Below, one piece after another: positions 53,936-64,000 of a stretch of 64,000 nucleotides of DNA. Under the pieces are notes generated by a model. That model did not search any database and had not been told where the DNA came from. It saw nothing but the letters and a program-made list of their open reading frames with translations. Position 1 is the first letter of the stretch. Each line of letters begins with the position of its first letter. The position numbers and the translations under genes were made by a program. The DNA is from Octopus sinensis (lineage: Eukaryota), in NCBI RefSeq assembly GCF_006345805.1, contig NW_021833735.1, forward strand, positions 1-64,000, given 5' to 3'.

Positions 53936-54052
53936 CAGCGAGGTCGACTTTGCATTTCATTTTTTCGAGGTCGATAAATTAAGTACCAGGTGCGTACTGG
54001 AGTCGATCTAATCGATTGCCCCCACCCCCGTCCCACCAAAATTTCAGGCCTT
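53935..54052 (+). mobile_element. Octopus short SINE, 3' part
   Basis: GAGGTCGACTTTGC.TTTCAT...GTCGATAAATTAAGTACCAG.TGCGTACTGG.GTCGATCTAATCGA. Confidence 0.8.
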
Positions 54053-54734
54053 GGATTATTATTAGTATTATTATATATTGCTGGGTGGGTGGAGGGTAAC
54101 TGGTTCCCTTTCAGTTTTCGCGACTGCTATCCGGAAGTGGGAGTAACAGCCAGCTTTTATATTCCTGATTAATTCCTGAAGGCTTACTCCTTACCTGCTC
54201 CTTATCCCCCCCATACACACACACACCAACCACCCCGGCACCTGGGCCACCCCACCACCTGGCCATCCCACCACCTGGCCACCCCGCCACCTGGCCACTC
54301 CGCCATCGTCACAACTGATTCGCTCACCTGATGCTGTCGCCGTTCTCCTTATTCTCCTTCTTATCCACGGTTGCTATTGTGACTAATGTGCTTGTTCTTC
54401 TTGTTGCAATTCTTGTTACTAATGTCGTTTTGGTTGTGGTGGCTGTTGCAGTTATTGTTGTAGTTACTGTTGCTATGGCTACTGTTGTTGTTGTTTTTTG
54501 TTGTTACCGAGGTTGGTGTTGTTCACGTGGTTAACGGTGTTGTTGTTGTTGCTGTTTTTCGATGTTGTTTCTTTACTGTGAGCTGTAAAATTCTGGTAGA
54601 CACAATCCTTCCACCCCCCCCCCTTCTTTTACACCCCCCCCCCCCCCGATTAGTCACCACTGACTTGGAACACTTACGATTAGAAGCTTTCAAGCTGTGA
54701 ACATCTTTTATAGAACGGCAATATACCTATTCCA

Positions 54735-54949
54735 AAGGCGAGCTGGCAGAAACGTTAGCACGCCGGGCGAAATGCGAGCCGTAATTCGTCTGTCTTTACG
54801 TTCCGAGTTCAAATTCCGCCGAGGTCGACTTTGCCTTTCATCCTTTCGGGATCGATATATTAAGTACCAGTTGCGTACTGGGGTCGATCTAATCGACTGG
54901 CCCGCCTTCCCAAACATTTTGGGCCTTGTGCCTGGAGTAGAAAAGAATA
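54735..54949 (+). mobile_element. Octopus short tRNA-derived SINE, near full length
   Basis: AAGGCGAGCTGGCAGAAACGTTAGCACGCCGGGCGAAATG...GAGTTCAAATTCC (B box)...GGGCCTTGTGCCT.GAGTAGAAAAGAAT. Confidence 0.9.
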
Positions 54950-55041
54950 TTCTCTTAAATTTAGAACAAAAATATAGAAGCAGTGTGAAATAATTTGAAA
55001 GACTTGAATTCTTCAGGAGATACCACAAAACGCTCTCTTGT

Positions 55042-55835
55042 TAATCGTATTTACTCGTCTATAACCTGCACTCGTGTATAACTTGCACTCGTGTATAACC
55101 TGCACTCGTGTATAACCTGCACTCGGGTATAACATGCACTCGTGTATAACCTGCACTCGGGTATAACATGCACTCGTATATAACCTGCACTCGTGTATAA
55201 CCTGCACTCGGGTATAACATGCACTCGTATATAACATGCACTCGTGTATAACCTGTACTCGTGTATAACATGCACTCGTGTATAACCTGCACTCGTGTAT
55301 AACTTGCACTCGGGTATAACATGCACTCGTATATAACATGCACTCGTGTATAACCTGTACTCGTGTATAACATGCACTCGTGTATAACCTGCACTCTTGT
55401 ATAACTTGCACTCGGGTATAACATGCACTCGTATATAACCTGCACTCGTGTATAACCTGCACTCGTGTATAACCTGCACTCGTCTATAACCTGCACTCGT
55501 CTATAACTTGCACTCGGGTATAACATGCACTCGTATATAACCTGCACTCGTGTATAACCTGCACTCGTGTATAACCTGCACTCGTATATAACCTGCACTC
55601 GTGTATAACCTGTACTCGCCTATAACATGCACTCGTGTATAACTTGCACTCGGGTATAACTTGCACTCGGGTATAACATGCACTCGTGTATAACCTGCAC
55701 TCGTGTATAAGTCGCACACTCAATTGAGTGTTAGTACTCGGTGCTTCATTTATCTCGTATACAAGCCATACTTTCTTTTTATTCAGTTAAATTCTCGTAT
55801 AGCATAGCGTGACTTATACATGAGTAGATACATTA
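55042..55835. mobile_element. Non-autonomous DNA transposon (pogo-like ends) whose left TIR contains a minisatellite
   Basis: The left end TAATCGTATTTACTCGTCTATAA matches the rc of the right end, TAATGTATCTACTCATGTATAAGTCACGC. Confidence 0.65.
55060..55717 (+). repeat. Minisatellite, 39 x 17-bp units (consensus TATAACCTGCACTCGTG)
   Basis: TATAA occurs in exact 17-bp register from 55060 to 55706 (646 bp = 38 periods) with no indels; the last unit reads TATAAGTCGCAC. Confidence 0.97.
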
Positions 55836-57759
55836 CGTCGATGTTAAATTTTCTAATCTTAGATAATATGTTAACGGGTGAGATCTCAAGTCTGTATCTT
55901 GTTATAATATTCCAAATACCCACGGCTGTATGAATGCCTGAATAATAAATATCTTTGCGGCTTAAACCTTACATTTGACACAATATTGTGACAAGAACAT
56001 CATTAATTCATTATATTAAGCTTGTGTTTCAAATGAAATTTTTTCCCAATAACTTCACACACACGTAAACATATATACATATATATATATATATGTGTGT
56101 GTTTGTGTGTGTGTGTGTGTGTGTATTGTCGAGTGTTTTTTTTCCTGGAAACTTGCGAATATTCTTTCTATATGAATTCGATATTTTCAATTGAATTTAA
56201 TTTATTCCATTATTCCATTATTCCAACAAACAAATTCATTATTCCAATCTGTATTGAACCAAACAATGGATCAAGGACGTATAAATGTTAGGGAGGCGGA
56301 CGGGCAGAGGTGGCGGTGTCGGCGGCGGAAATGCAGCAATCACGTCTGTCTTTGATAAGGATCTATGGGTTTGGCCGTGCTGTTAAATTAGGAATAATCG
56401 ATATTATTTTGATTAGAACACTTTACAGAAATTGTAACATGATTTAGAATTTGGTGAAAATAAAATTGTTAATTTTCAAATCGGTGATAGAACATTGATC
56501 TGGTAATTTATTCAAAAAATTATCGATATGTTTGTATACAGTTGTAGAGACGAGAGTTCTAATATTTTGTAGAAGGACCCTAGATTTACAGAAACGTATT
56601 CTTTTTAAAAAGATTTAATTTCTAATTTTACAGTTTCGAAATCGCTTAGATATTTTGAATATTTTCTGATAAAATTCTTTTAAATATAAGATTTTGCACC
56701 ATTTCCAAGCAACATGATTTTTAAGACCTTCCAAAGAATTTTTCAGTCATCTTCTTCAATAACTTCGTTTATAGACATCAAAGTGATGTTGGTAATTTCT
56801 CTAAGGACATCAGAATTTGGGGGGAATTATTAAAAGATTGGATCTTATCCTTTTCGTTTGAAATGTCCGATTTTGTTGAAATTTTCTACACTGATGTAGT
56901 TTTGCATGCTAATTGCCAAAATTTCAATCATTTTTACATTAATAGCAAAGTTACAAACTTTTAAAGTTGGAAAGTTTTGCTTTTTCCTTTCAATAGGAAA
57001 ACTCCGTTATCGACTTATCGACATACCATGAGTCACAATTTCCATGTGAGAATGAAAGCAAAATCAAAACAGCACGAAACATTGAAAGATTTTCATTTAT
57101 TTATTCATTTATTTATTGGATAAATAATAAAAGTTTACTGAAAGGTAATTAAAACATTACGAAATGCCTTTAAGGATGAAGATACCACCTTGAACGAAAA
57201 AAGTTAAGAGCTAAAAGAAAAGTCATTCCCTAAATGATATTTAAATGATGGATACAATTCTTTGAAAGACGTATATTCTGTTGGAATTGAATAAAGCCGC
57301 CCAGAATACAAAATAAATTGGAATTAATGGTATAGGTCTCATGCTAATTACAATTACGATCTCTTAGTCGATATATATCTAAAGCTCAGCTTAACGAGCT
57401 AGCAGGCAGTGGCCATACATTCATACACCAAAGTTAACGAATATGTAATAGGTACGGCTTTAGCCATTGTCTGTCCGCAGATGTATAGTTTATAGCCATG
57501 TCCGGTAAGTTCACTGGCTTTTGTTTGTTTTATTATTGTGGGTTTTTTTTTCAATAAAATAGTTTTCAACTATTATTGTTGCGCAAATAGTAGAAAGGAT
57601 ATTTTTCAATTGATTAACAAAACCACCTTACCCGCTCTTCTCAATTACCAACTTCGTTATTAACCAGAATAATTAAGAGTTAGTTTGCAACTAATTTTTG
57701 TTATTAACGTAGTGTCTGGTTTTGCTAAAAGTAGCGACTAACTCTTCCTCAGAATCAGA

Positions 57760-58080
57760 CACGCAGGGATATGTAGACTGGCACTCCGTCGGTTACCACG
57801 ATGAGTACTCCAGTTGAACCGATCAACGAACAGCCCGCTTGTAAAATTAACAAGCAAGTGGCTGAGTACTCCACAGATACGCGTACTCTTAACGTAGTTC
57901 TCAAGGACATTCAGCATAATACAGACTGTGGCAAGGTTGGCTCCTTTTGAGTTGCAGGCACTAATCATTTTTGCCAGGTGAGTGAACTCGAACAACATGA
58001 AATAAAGTGTCTTGTAGAAGTGCGCAATGCGCCACCGGGAATCGAAATCAAAACCTTACGATCGTGAGTCAAATGCCTTC
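57760..58080 (-). mobile_element. tRNA-derived SINE (fourth family)
   Basis: The minus-strand head GACTCACGATCGTAAGGTTTTGATTTCGATTCCCGG (B-box-like) is followed by AAGACACTTTATTTCATGTTG; a related fragment lies at ~22470-22520. Confidence 0.6.
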
Positions 58081-58314
58081 ACAACCAACATTCATAATCG
58101 GTGATATATTACCACAACTTGATAATGGAATTAGGAACCAACGGGTTGACCTTAATGCAGTTTCTGGATTTGCTTAAAGTAACAGCCAAGACTTCCTCAA
58201 ACCAGACACACGCAGAGAGGTAAAAGAAGGATTATGCGAGAGAAGGACACATTCAGTAATGTCTAGTATCTGCTGTTTGTATTTCTACTGGAGGCCTTAA
58301 ACATTTTTTTAAGG

Positions 58315-58650
58315 TGGAGGCAAGTCGATTACATCGACCCCAGTGCGTAACTGGTACTTATTTCATCGACCCCGAAAGGATGAAAGGGAAAGCCGACCTG
58401 GGCGGAATTAGATCTCAGAACGTAACGGCAGACGAAATACTTATTTCTTTACTACTCACAAGGGGCTAAACACAGAGGGCAAACAAGGACAGACAAACGG
58501 GTTAAGTTGGGTATATCGACCCCAGTGCGTAACTGGTACTTAATTTATCGACCCCGAAAAGCAAAGTCGACTTCGGTGGAATTTGAACTCAGAACGTTAC
58601 GGCAGACGAAATACTGCTAAGCATTTCGACCGGTGTGCTAACGATTCTGC
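58315..58650 (-). mobile_element. Two adjacent copies of the Octopus short SINE
   Basis: ATCGACCCCAGTGCGTAACTGGTACTTA.TT.ATCGACCCCGAAA...GGAATT.GA.CTCAGAACGT occurs twice (~58320-58440 and ~58510-58650). Confidence 0.85.
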
Positions 58651-59842
58651 CTTATATGCACTGGGGAATAATGGACGCGACCAGTTGATGGTTAAGCCAA
58701 TTTGGTCAGAGCTAACTTGTGGCTTAACAACAACAATAACGATGACCAAGAAGACTACAACAACAACAACATTTAAAACAGCAGCAACAACATCGACATG
58801 AACAACAGGACGAGAGAGAGGCTGCATCTTCTCTCTGTCCCATCAAACTATTCTGAAAGAGGTCACGTGAGCGATATGTTGTGTATGTTGTATGTTTTGA
58901 GCTCTTACATTGAGAACCAATCTGGATGAATAGTGTGTATGTGTGTTTGTGTGTGAGTGTGTACACGTGTGTGTGTTTGTGTGAGAGGGGAGAGAGGTGT
59001 GTGTATCGGAGCGACGAGTCACGGAACTTCACGTCAAAACTTCGGTTGACTTAGCCGTTCGATACAGGAGAAATCAATAAAGTAATTAACTTGTCTGAAA
59101 TGAATATCGATCCATATGATCGATTAAAACAACCTGTGAAAGCACCACCCCCACCAACATGAACATGGTCTACGCGGTATATAAACATATATATATATAT
59201 ATATATATATACACTCTTTTAAAGCACACACACAAACACACACGTACATGTGCGTATATATATATATATGTGTGTGTGTGGTGTGTGTGTGTATATATTA
59301 TATATATATATATACATACATATATATATACATCATAATCTTATACATATGTGTGTACGTATGTGCGCGACGTCTGTGTGTGTGTGTTGTGTAGCAAATA
59401 GAGGGAGCAACTTGAAGTGAACATGGCTTTAATGAGGTGGGCTGGAGTGCGTTTCATTGTTGCTCAGAATCGAAGCATGTCCCAGATTTGTTGCTCAGCC
59501 ACCTGGAACTGGCCATGTGGAGCCTTTAGACACTTACAAATTGGATCAATCCTATTTTCCATACAACTTAGAATACAATAAAACCAACCAGCGTCAAACA
59601 ACCCCATACACGCACACACACACACATCCATGTATAGACGTATATATGTATATGTATAAATATGTAGGTGTCTGTGTGTGCGTTTGTGTATGTGTTATAT
59701 ATACATATATATATATATATATAAGTAGACAATGAATTATCTTATTACGGATAATTCAAAGATAACCGATACCTGGGTAGCAAACTCACAACAAATATAT
59801 AATACAATATATATATATATATATATATAATATATATATATA

Positions 59843-59930
<88 letters not shown>

Positions 59931-60103
59931 CATGAATATAAATACAGAAAGGGTGGAGAGAAAGGGTGGAGAGAAAGGGACTATGTACTACCATAGAATA
60001 AACACATTTGGTTCTAAGCTCCATTTCTTACAATATATATATATATGCGTGTGTGTATGTATGTATGTATGTATGTATGTATGTATGTATGTATGTATAT
60101 CTA

Positions 60104-60206
<103 letters not shown>

Positions 60207-60372
60207 TATATACATGAATATAAATACAGAAAGGGTGGAGAGAAAGGGACTATGTACTACCATAGAATAAACACATTTGGTTCTAAGCTCCATTTCTTAC
60301 AATATATATATATATGCGTGTGTGTATGTATGTATGTATGTATGTATGTATGTATGTATGTATATCTATCTA

Positions 60373-60407
<35 letters not shown>

Positions 60408-60620
60408 ATATATATCAACCAGCTGTCCACACATGCACGCACGCACATGCAGACACGCGCACACACGCGCGCGTACGCTCAAATACATGTACATATGTGT
60501 GTGGTGAGTTTGTGAATACATACACATTACTAATATAAAGTCGTATAACACAATAAATGTATATAGAACCATATATACAAGTATGTATACACGTATCTAC
60601 GTATGTGTGTGTGTATATAT

Positions 60621-61064
60621 TCTTTTATTCTTTTGTTTGTTTCAGTTTCTTGACTGCGGCCATCCTGGAGCACCGACGCTAGTCAGACAAATCGATCCCA
60701 GGACTTATTCTTTGTAAGCCTAGTTCTCATTCCATCGATATCTATTACTGAACCGCTAGCTTACGGAGACGTATACACACTGACATGGGTTGTCAAGTGA
60801 TGGTGGGGAGACAAACACGGACACACAAACATACACATACACACACACACAAACACACACACACACGCACGCACACACACATACACACATATATATTTGT
60901 ACGACGGGCTTCTTTCAGTTTCCGTCTACGAAAACCACTCACAAGTCTTTGGTCGACACGAGGCGATAGTAGAAGACACTTGCCAAAGGTGCCACGAAGT
61001 GGGACTGAACCTGGAACCATGTCGTTGGTAAGCAAGATTCTTACCACACAGCCACACCTGCGCC
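60621..61064 (-). mobile_element. Octopus tRNA-derived SINE, full length
   Basis: Minus-strand head GGCGCAGGTGTGGCTGTGTGGTAAG...GGTTCAGTCCC, central GTAGACGGAAACTGAAAGAAGCCCGTCG, tail ...GCCGCAGTCAAGAAACTGAAAC. Confidence 0.92.
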
Positions 61065-61418
61065 TGCTATATGTATACATACATATGCATGTACATATAT
61101 ATATGTATATGTGTTTGTATGTATTTATTTGTGTGTGTGTGTGTGTGTGTGGTTATATACATACACAACTTAAACACGACACGCGCTGTAAACGCACGTA
61201 CACCGACGGTGTACATGTCCAGACACCGCCACCTCCAATACCTACACTAGTAACTCTATTCCACACACAACACTACACACTCACACACACACACTCGCAC
61301 AAGCACACAGATTATACCGTTTCTCACCGCCATCGTTAATATAAACCATTTCAGTACACATCTTATACACACTTCACAATTCGTTCCTATATAGATATTG
61401 TAATCGCAGACACAGGCA

Positions 61419-61449
<31 letters not shown>

Positions 61450-62173
61450 CGTACACACACACACACACACACACACATACAGACACACATACACATGTTT
61501 AAAGCTTACAATGAAATTTATTCCTATCCATTCAACCGAAACGGTGTCTATAATAGCATGTTGTATAGGTGTACCTATGTGCTGTGAATGAGTGTATAAA
61601 ACCATATATGTGTCTGTGTGTGTGTGTGTGTGAGCATTTAATCATATATACAAGTATACACATATATATTTGTAGACCCACACACATGCAAATATATGCT
61701 TATGTGTGTGTGTATAACATGTATACTTAACAACCATAAAATAGCTACTTAAGACTGTTTATGCAGCTGTGAGCACCTACATGGCCATACATTACTACAG
61801 ATATGTACAGATAAGCAAGTGGATATATATATATGTATATATATATATACACATATATAATAACTTGTGTTGGGTGGGGATAGTGTGAAATCATAGGTGA
61901 CAGAGAAATAGTTTGTTGAAATTTTATTTAAGGATAATAAAATCCACGACGAATCGTTTCGAAATAGTGCAGAATTTAAGCTACGTCCTTAAGTGAAAGA
62001 CAGTCTTTGTGCAAAGATTTTTGCCAACATAACATGGCAGTCCTGGTTTAGGACGAATGTTGCTGTAATTTATGTGTGTGTATGCTTGTTGTTGTGTGTG
62101 TTTGTGTGTGTGTGTGTGTTTGTCCCCCCGCCATCGCTTCACAACCGATGCTGGTGTGTTTACGTCCCCGTAT

Positions 62174-62218
62174 TCTGTGCTGATGAAGAGAAATAACCCG
62201 GAAATGGCGATACATAGA
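62174..62218 (+). ncRNA. Degenerate type I minimal hammerhead
   Basis: TCTGTG CTGATGA AGAG-AAATAA-CCCG GAAAT GGCG ATA CATAGA: exact core, helix I TCTGTG/CATAGA (6 bp, one G-U), helix III AT/AT, helix II damaged. Confidence 0.5.
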
Positions 62219-62508
62219 TATTGTTTAGAGCTGAGTGGGGGTGCTAGATTCCTTGATCGAAAATACACGGACACTTATCGTATCGTATAGCCAGGTGGAG
62301 ACGATGACACCTGGGGCTAAATTACAGCAACATTCGTCCGAAACTAGGACTGCCATATTATGTTGACAAAAAATCCTTACTCCAAAGTACTGTTGACGAA
62401 TATCTCTCGTTGTGAGATTTACGAATAGTAATTTTCGAAGTCTTTGTGCATTCCTTATCGTTTTCTCTTGTATTCTGTATTATATACTACATATTCTATA
62501 TGTTTCTC

Positions 62509-62830
62509 GGTTATATGGTAAGTAGCTTGTTTACCAACCACATGGTTATGGGTTCAGTTCCACTGCGTGGCACCTTGCGCAACTGTCTTTTACTATAGCT
62601 ATATGTGCGTGTGTGTGTGTGTGTGTGTGTGTCTGTATTTGTCCCCCCCACTATCGCTTGACAACCGACGCTGGTGTGTTTACTACCCCGTAACCTAGCG
62701 CTTCGGCAACGAGGGCAATAGAATAAGTACTAGGCTTACAAATAATAAGTCCTGGGCTCGAGTTATCCGACTAAAGGCGGTGCTTCAGCATGGCCGCAGT
62801 CAAATGACTGAAACAAATAAAAGAATAAAG
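62509..62830 (+). mobile_element. Octopus tRNA-derived SINE with internal deletion
   Basis: GGTAAGTAGCTTG.TTACCAACCACATGGTT..GGGTTCAGT.CCACTGCGTGGCACCTTG...CAGCATGGCCGCAGTCAAATGACTGAAAC. Confidence 0.9.
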
Positions 62831-63259
62831 GCTTTTATTATGTGTACTAACGGGTTACTTAAATCCGTATATATATATATATATAAATATACAGAGCCGT
62901 TTCAAGTCCTGGGTCCAGTGGCCAGATGTACGGGATTCTCATTGTTCTAGGGGCCCCCTTCAGATCTATGTATATAGTGGATTGTTGACAATTTAAATAT
63001 TATAGGGCCCAATTTATTGATTCGTCTGAGGGCTTATAAACCTACTTAGACGGTTTTCTGTGTGTGTGCGTGCGCATGTGTGTGCGTGCGCATGTGTGTG
63101 CGTGCGCATGTGTGTGCATGTGTGTATCATTTTCTACTTTCGTTCGTCTCAGTTATGCGACTGCGGCCATGCTGGGGCACCAGCGTTATTTTTGCACGTT
63201 TGCATATGTTACTCCTTCGGCTGATTCCTTCAGGATTGTGGTATTTTAAATCTCGACTC

Positions 63260-63580
63260 CCATATGTGCTGTTACCATGGTTCTTGGCCTATTTGGCGTT
63301 TGTGGGAGTTTGATAGTACAGCCGTCATTTGAACCCTGGGTACAAATGCTGGGTCGTTAGTTCCTTCGGTATTGCCTTCCCTTTTTGAAGCCATCCACTT
63401 CCACATTGTGTAAGTTTTTCGATTTCGGAGATAGATCATCGAAGAACTAGGGGCCTTTGAACCCCAAGCTAATAACTTGTCATGAACTTTAATGGAATGG
63501 ACGATTTCCCTAATACAATACAACAGCACCCAGTTCGGACATTTGTATAACACTTAATGCCGAATTTAGGTACTAGCCCT
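63260..63580 (-). mobile_element. Possible LINE (CR1/L2/Jockey-type) RT remnant
   Basis: VLLYCIREIVHSIKVHDKLLAWG...IYLRNRKTYT...FVPRV resembles a degenerate D.SKAFD.V.H..LL / YL.NR.Q / GVPQG order. Confidence 0.4.
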
Positions 63581-63619
63581 TCGAGAACTTTCATATGTAG
63601 ACTTATACACATTATATAC

Positions 63620-63661
<42 letters not shown>

Positions 63662-63844
63662 TATATGTGTGTGTGTGTGTGTGGTGTGTGTGTGTGTGTG
63701 TGTGTGTGTGGTATATATATATGAGAGTGTGTGTGTGTTTGTGTGTGAGTGCATGTGTATGTGTGTGTGTATGTATGAATGTATGTCTTGAAAGGAGTGC
63801 TGATAGTATACTCAATCATGTATATATACACACTATATATATAT

Positions 63845-64000
63845 TCTTTTATTCTTTCAGCCATTTGACTGCAGCACTGAAGTCATGCTGGAGCACCGCC
63901 TTTAGTCGAACAAATCGACCCCAGGACTTATTCTGTGTAACCCTAGTACTTACTGTCGGATCTCTTTTGCCGAACCGCTGCATTACGGGGACGTAAACAC
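63845..64000 (-). mobile_element. Octopus SINE 3' part, runs off the window end
   Basis: TTTCAGCCATTTGACTGC...CATGCTGGAGCACCGCCTTTAGTCGAACAAATCGACCCCAGGACTTATTC...GGGGACGTAAACAC. Confidence 0.88.

Noticed and set aside
55013-55723. CRISPR-like array, or a repetitive protein from the 17-aa-period ORFs
   Set aside because: Units are contiguous with no unique spacers, there are no cas genes and the context is eukaryotic. The 17-aa period is simply three 17-bp units.
56350-57060. AT-rich minus-strand segment with a hint of GIY-YIG (CDSWYVDKS)
   Set aside because: Too degenerate; no second motif could be placed in register.
59540-59570. Possible 29-bp minus-strand microexon with a GTAAGT donor
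   Set aside because: Not frame-preserving and unsupported by anything beyond short consensus matches.

Overview
Eukaryotic, AT-rich, extremely microsatellite-dense DNA. It is most likely an intron or intergenic region of an Octopus genome, inferred from recognisable cephalopod tRNA-derived SINE families and dense (AT)n/(GATA)n/(ATAC)n/(AC)n tracts. Nearly all ORFs in the supplied track are microsatellite artefacts. The real content is decayed mobile elements: Penelope-like (RT thumb + GIY-YIG) fragments, a Tx1/L1-clade LINE 3' half sitting in a (GATA)n tract, other LINE RT remnants, four Tc1/mariner remnants, several MITE/palindromes and many SINEs. There is also one probable 132-bp host coding exon on the minus strand (49062-49193). 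The standout is a pair of tandem arrays, 25053-27334 (~545-bp unit, ~4.2 copies) and 29842-31226 (~560-bp unit, ~2.5 copies). They are diverged homologues of each other. Every full unit carries a type I hammerhead-ribozyme fold with compensatory changes between the two families, and both arrays end at the same unit position against a (TA)n tract. This suggests a retrozyme-like, circRNA-based, non-coding retroelement system; activity is unproven and the core has non-canonical features. Also notable are a 39 x 17-bp minisatellite grown out of a DNA-transposon terminal repeat and several further degenerate hammerhead motifs. All structural calls were made by eye; no database search was run.
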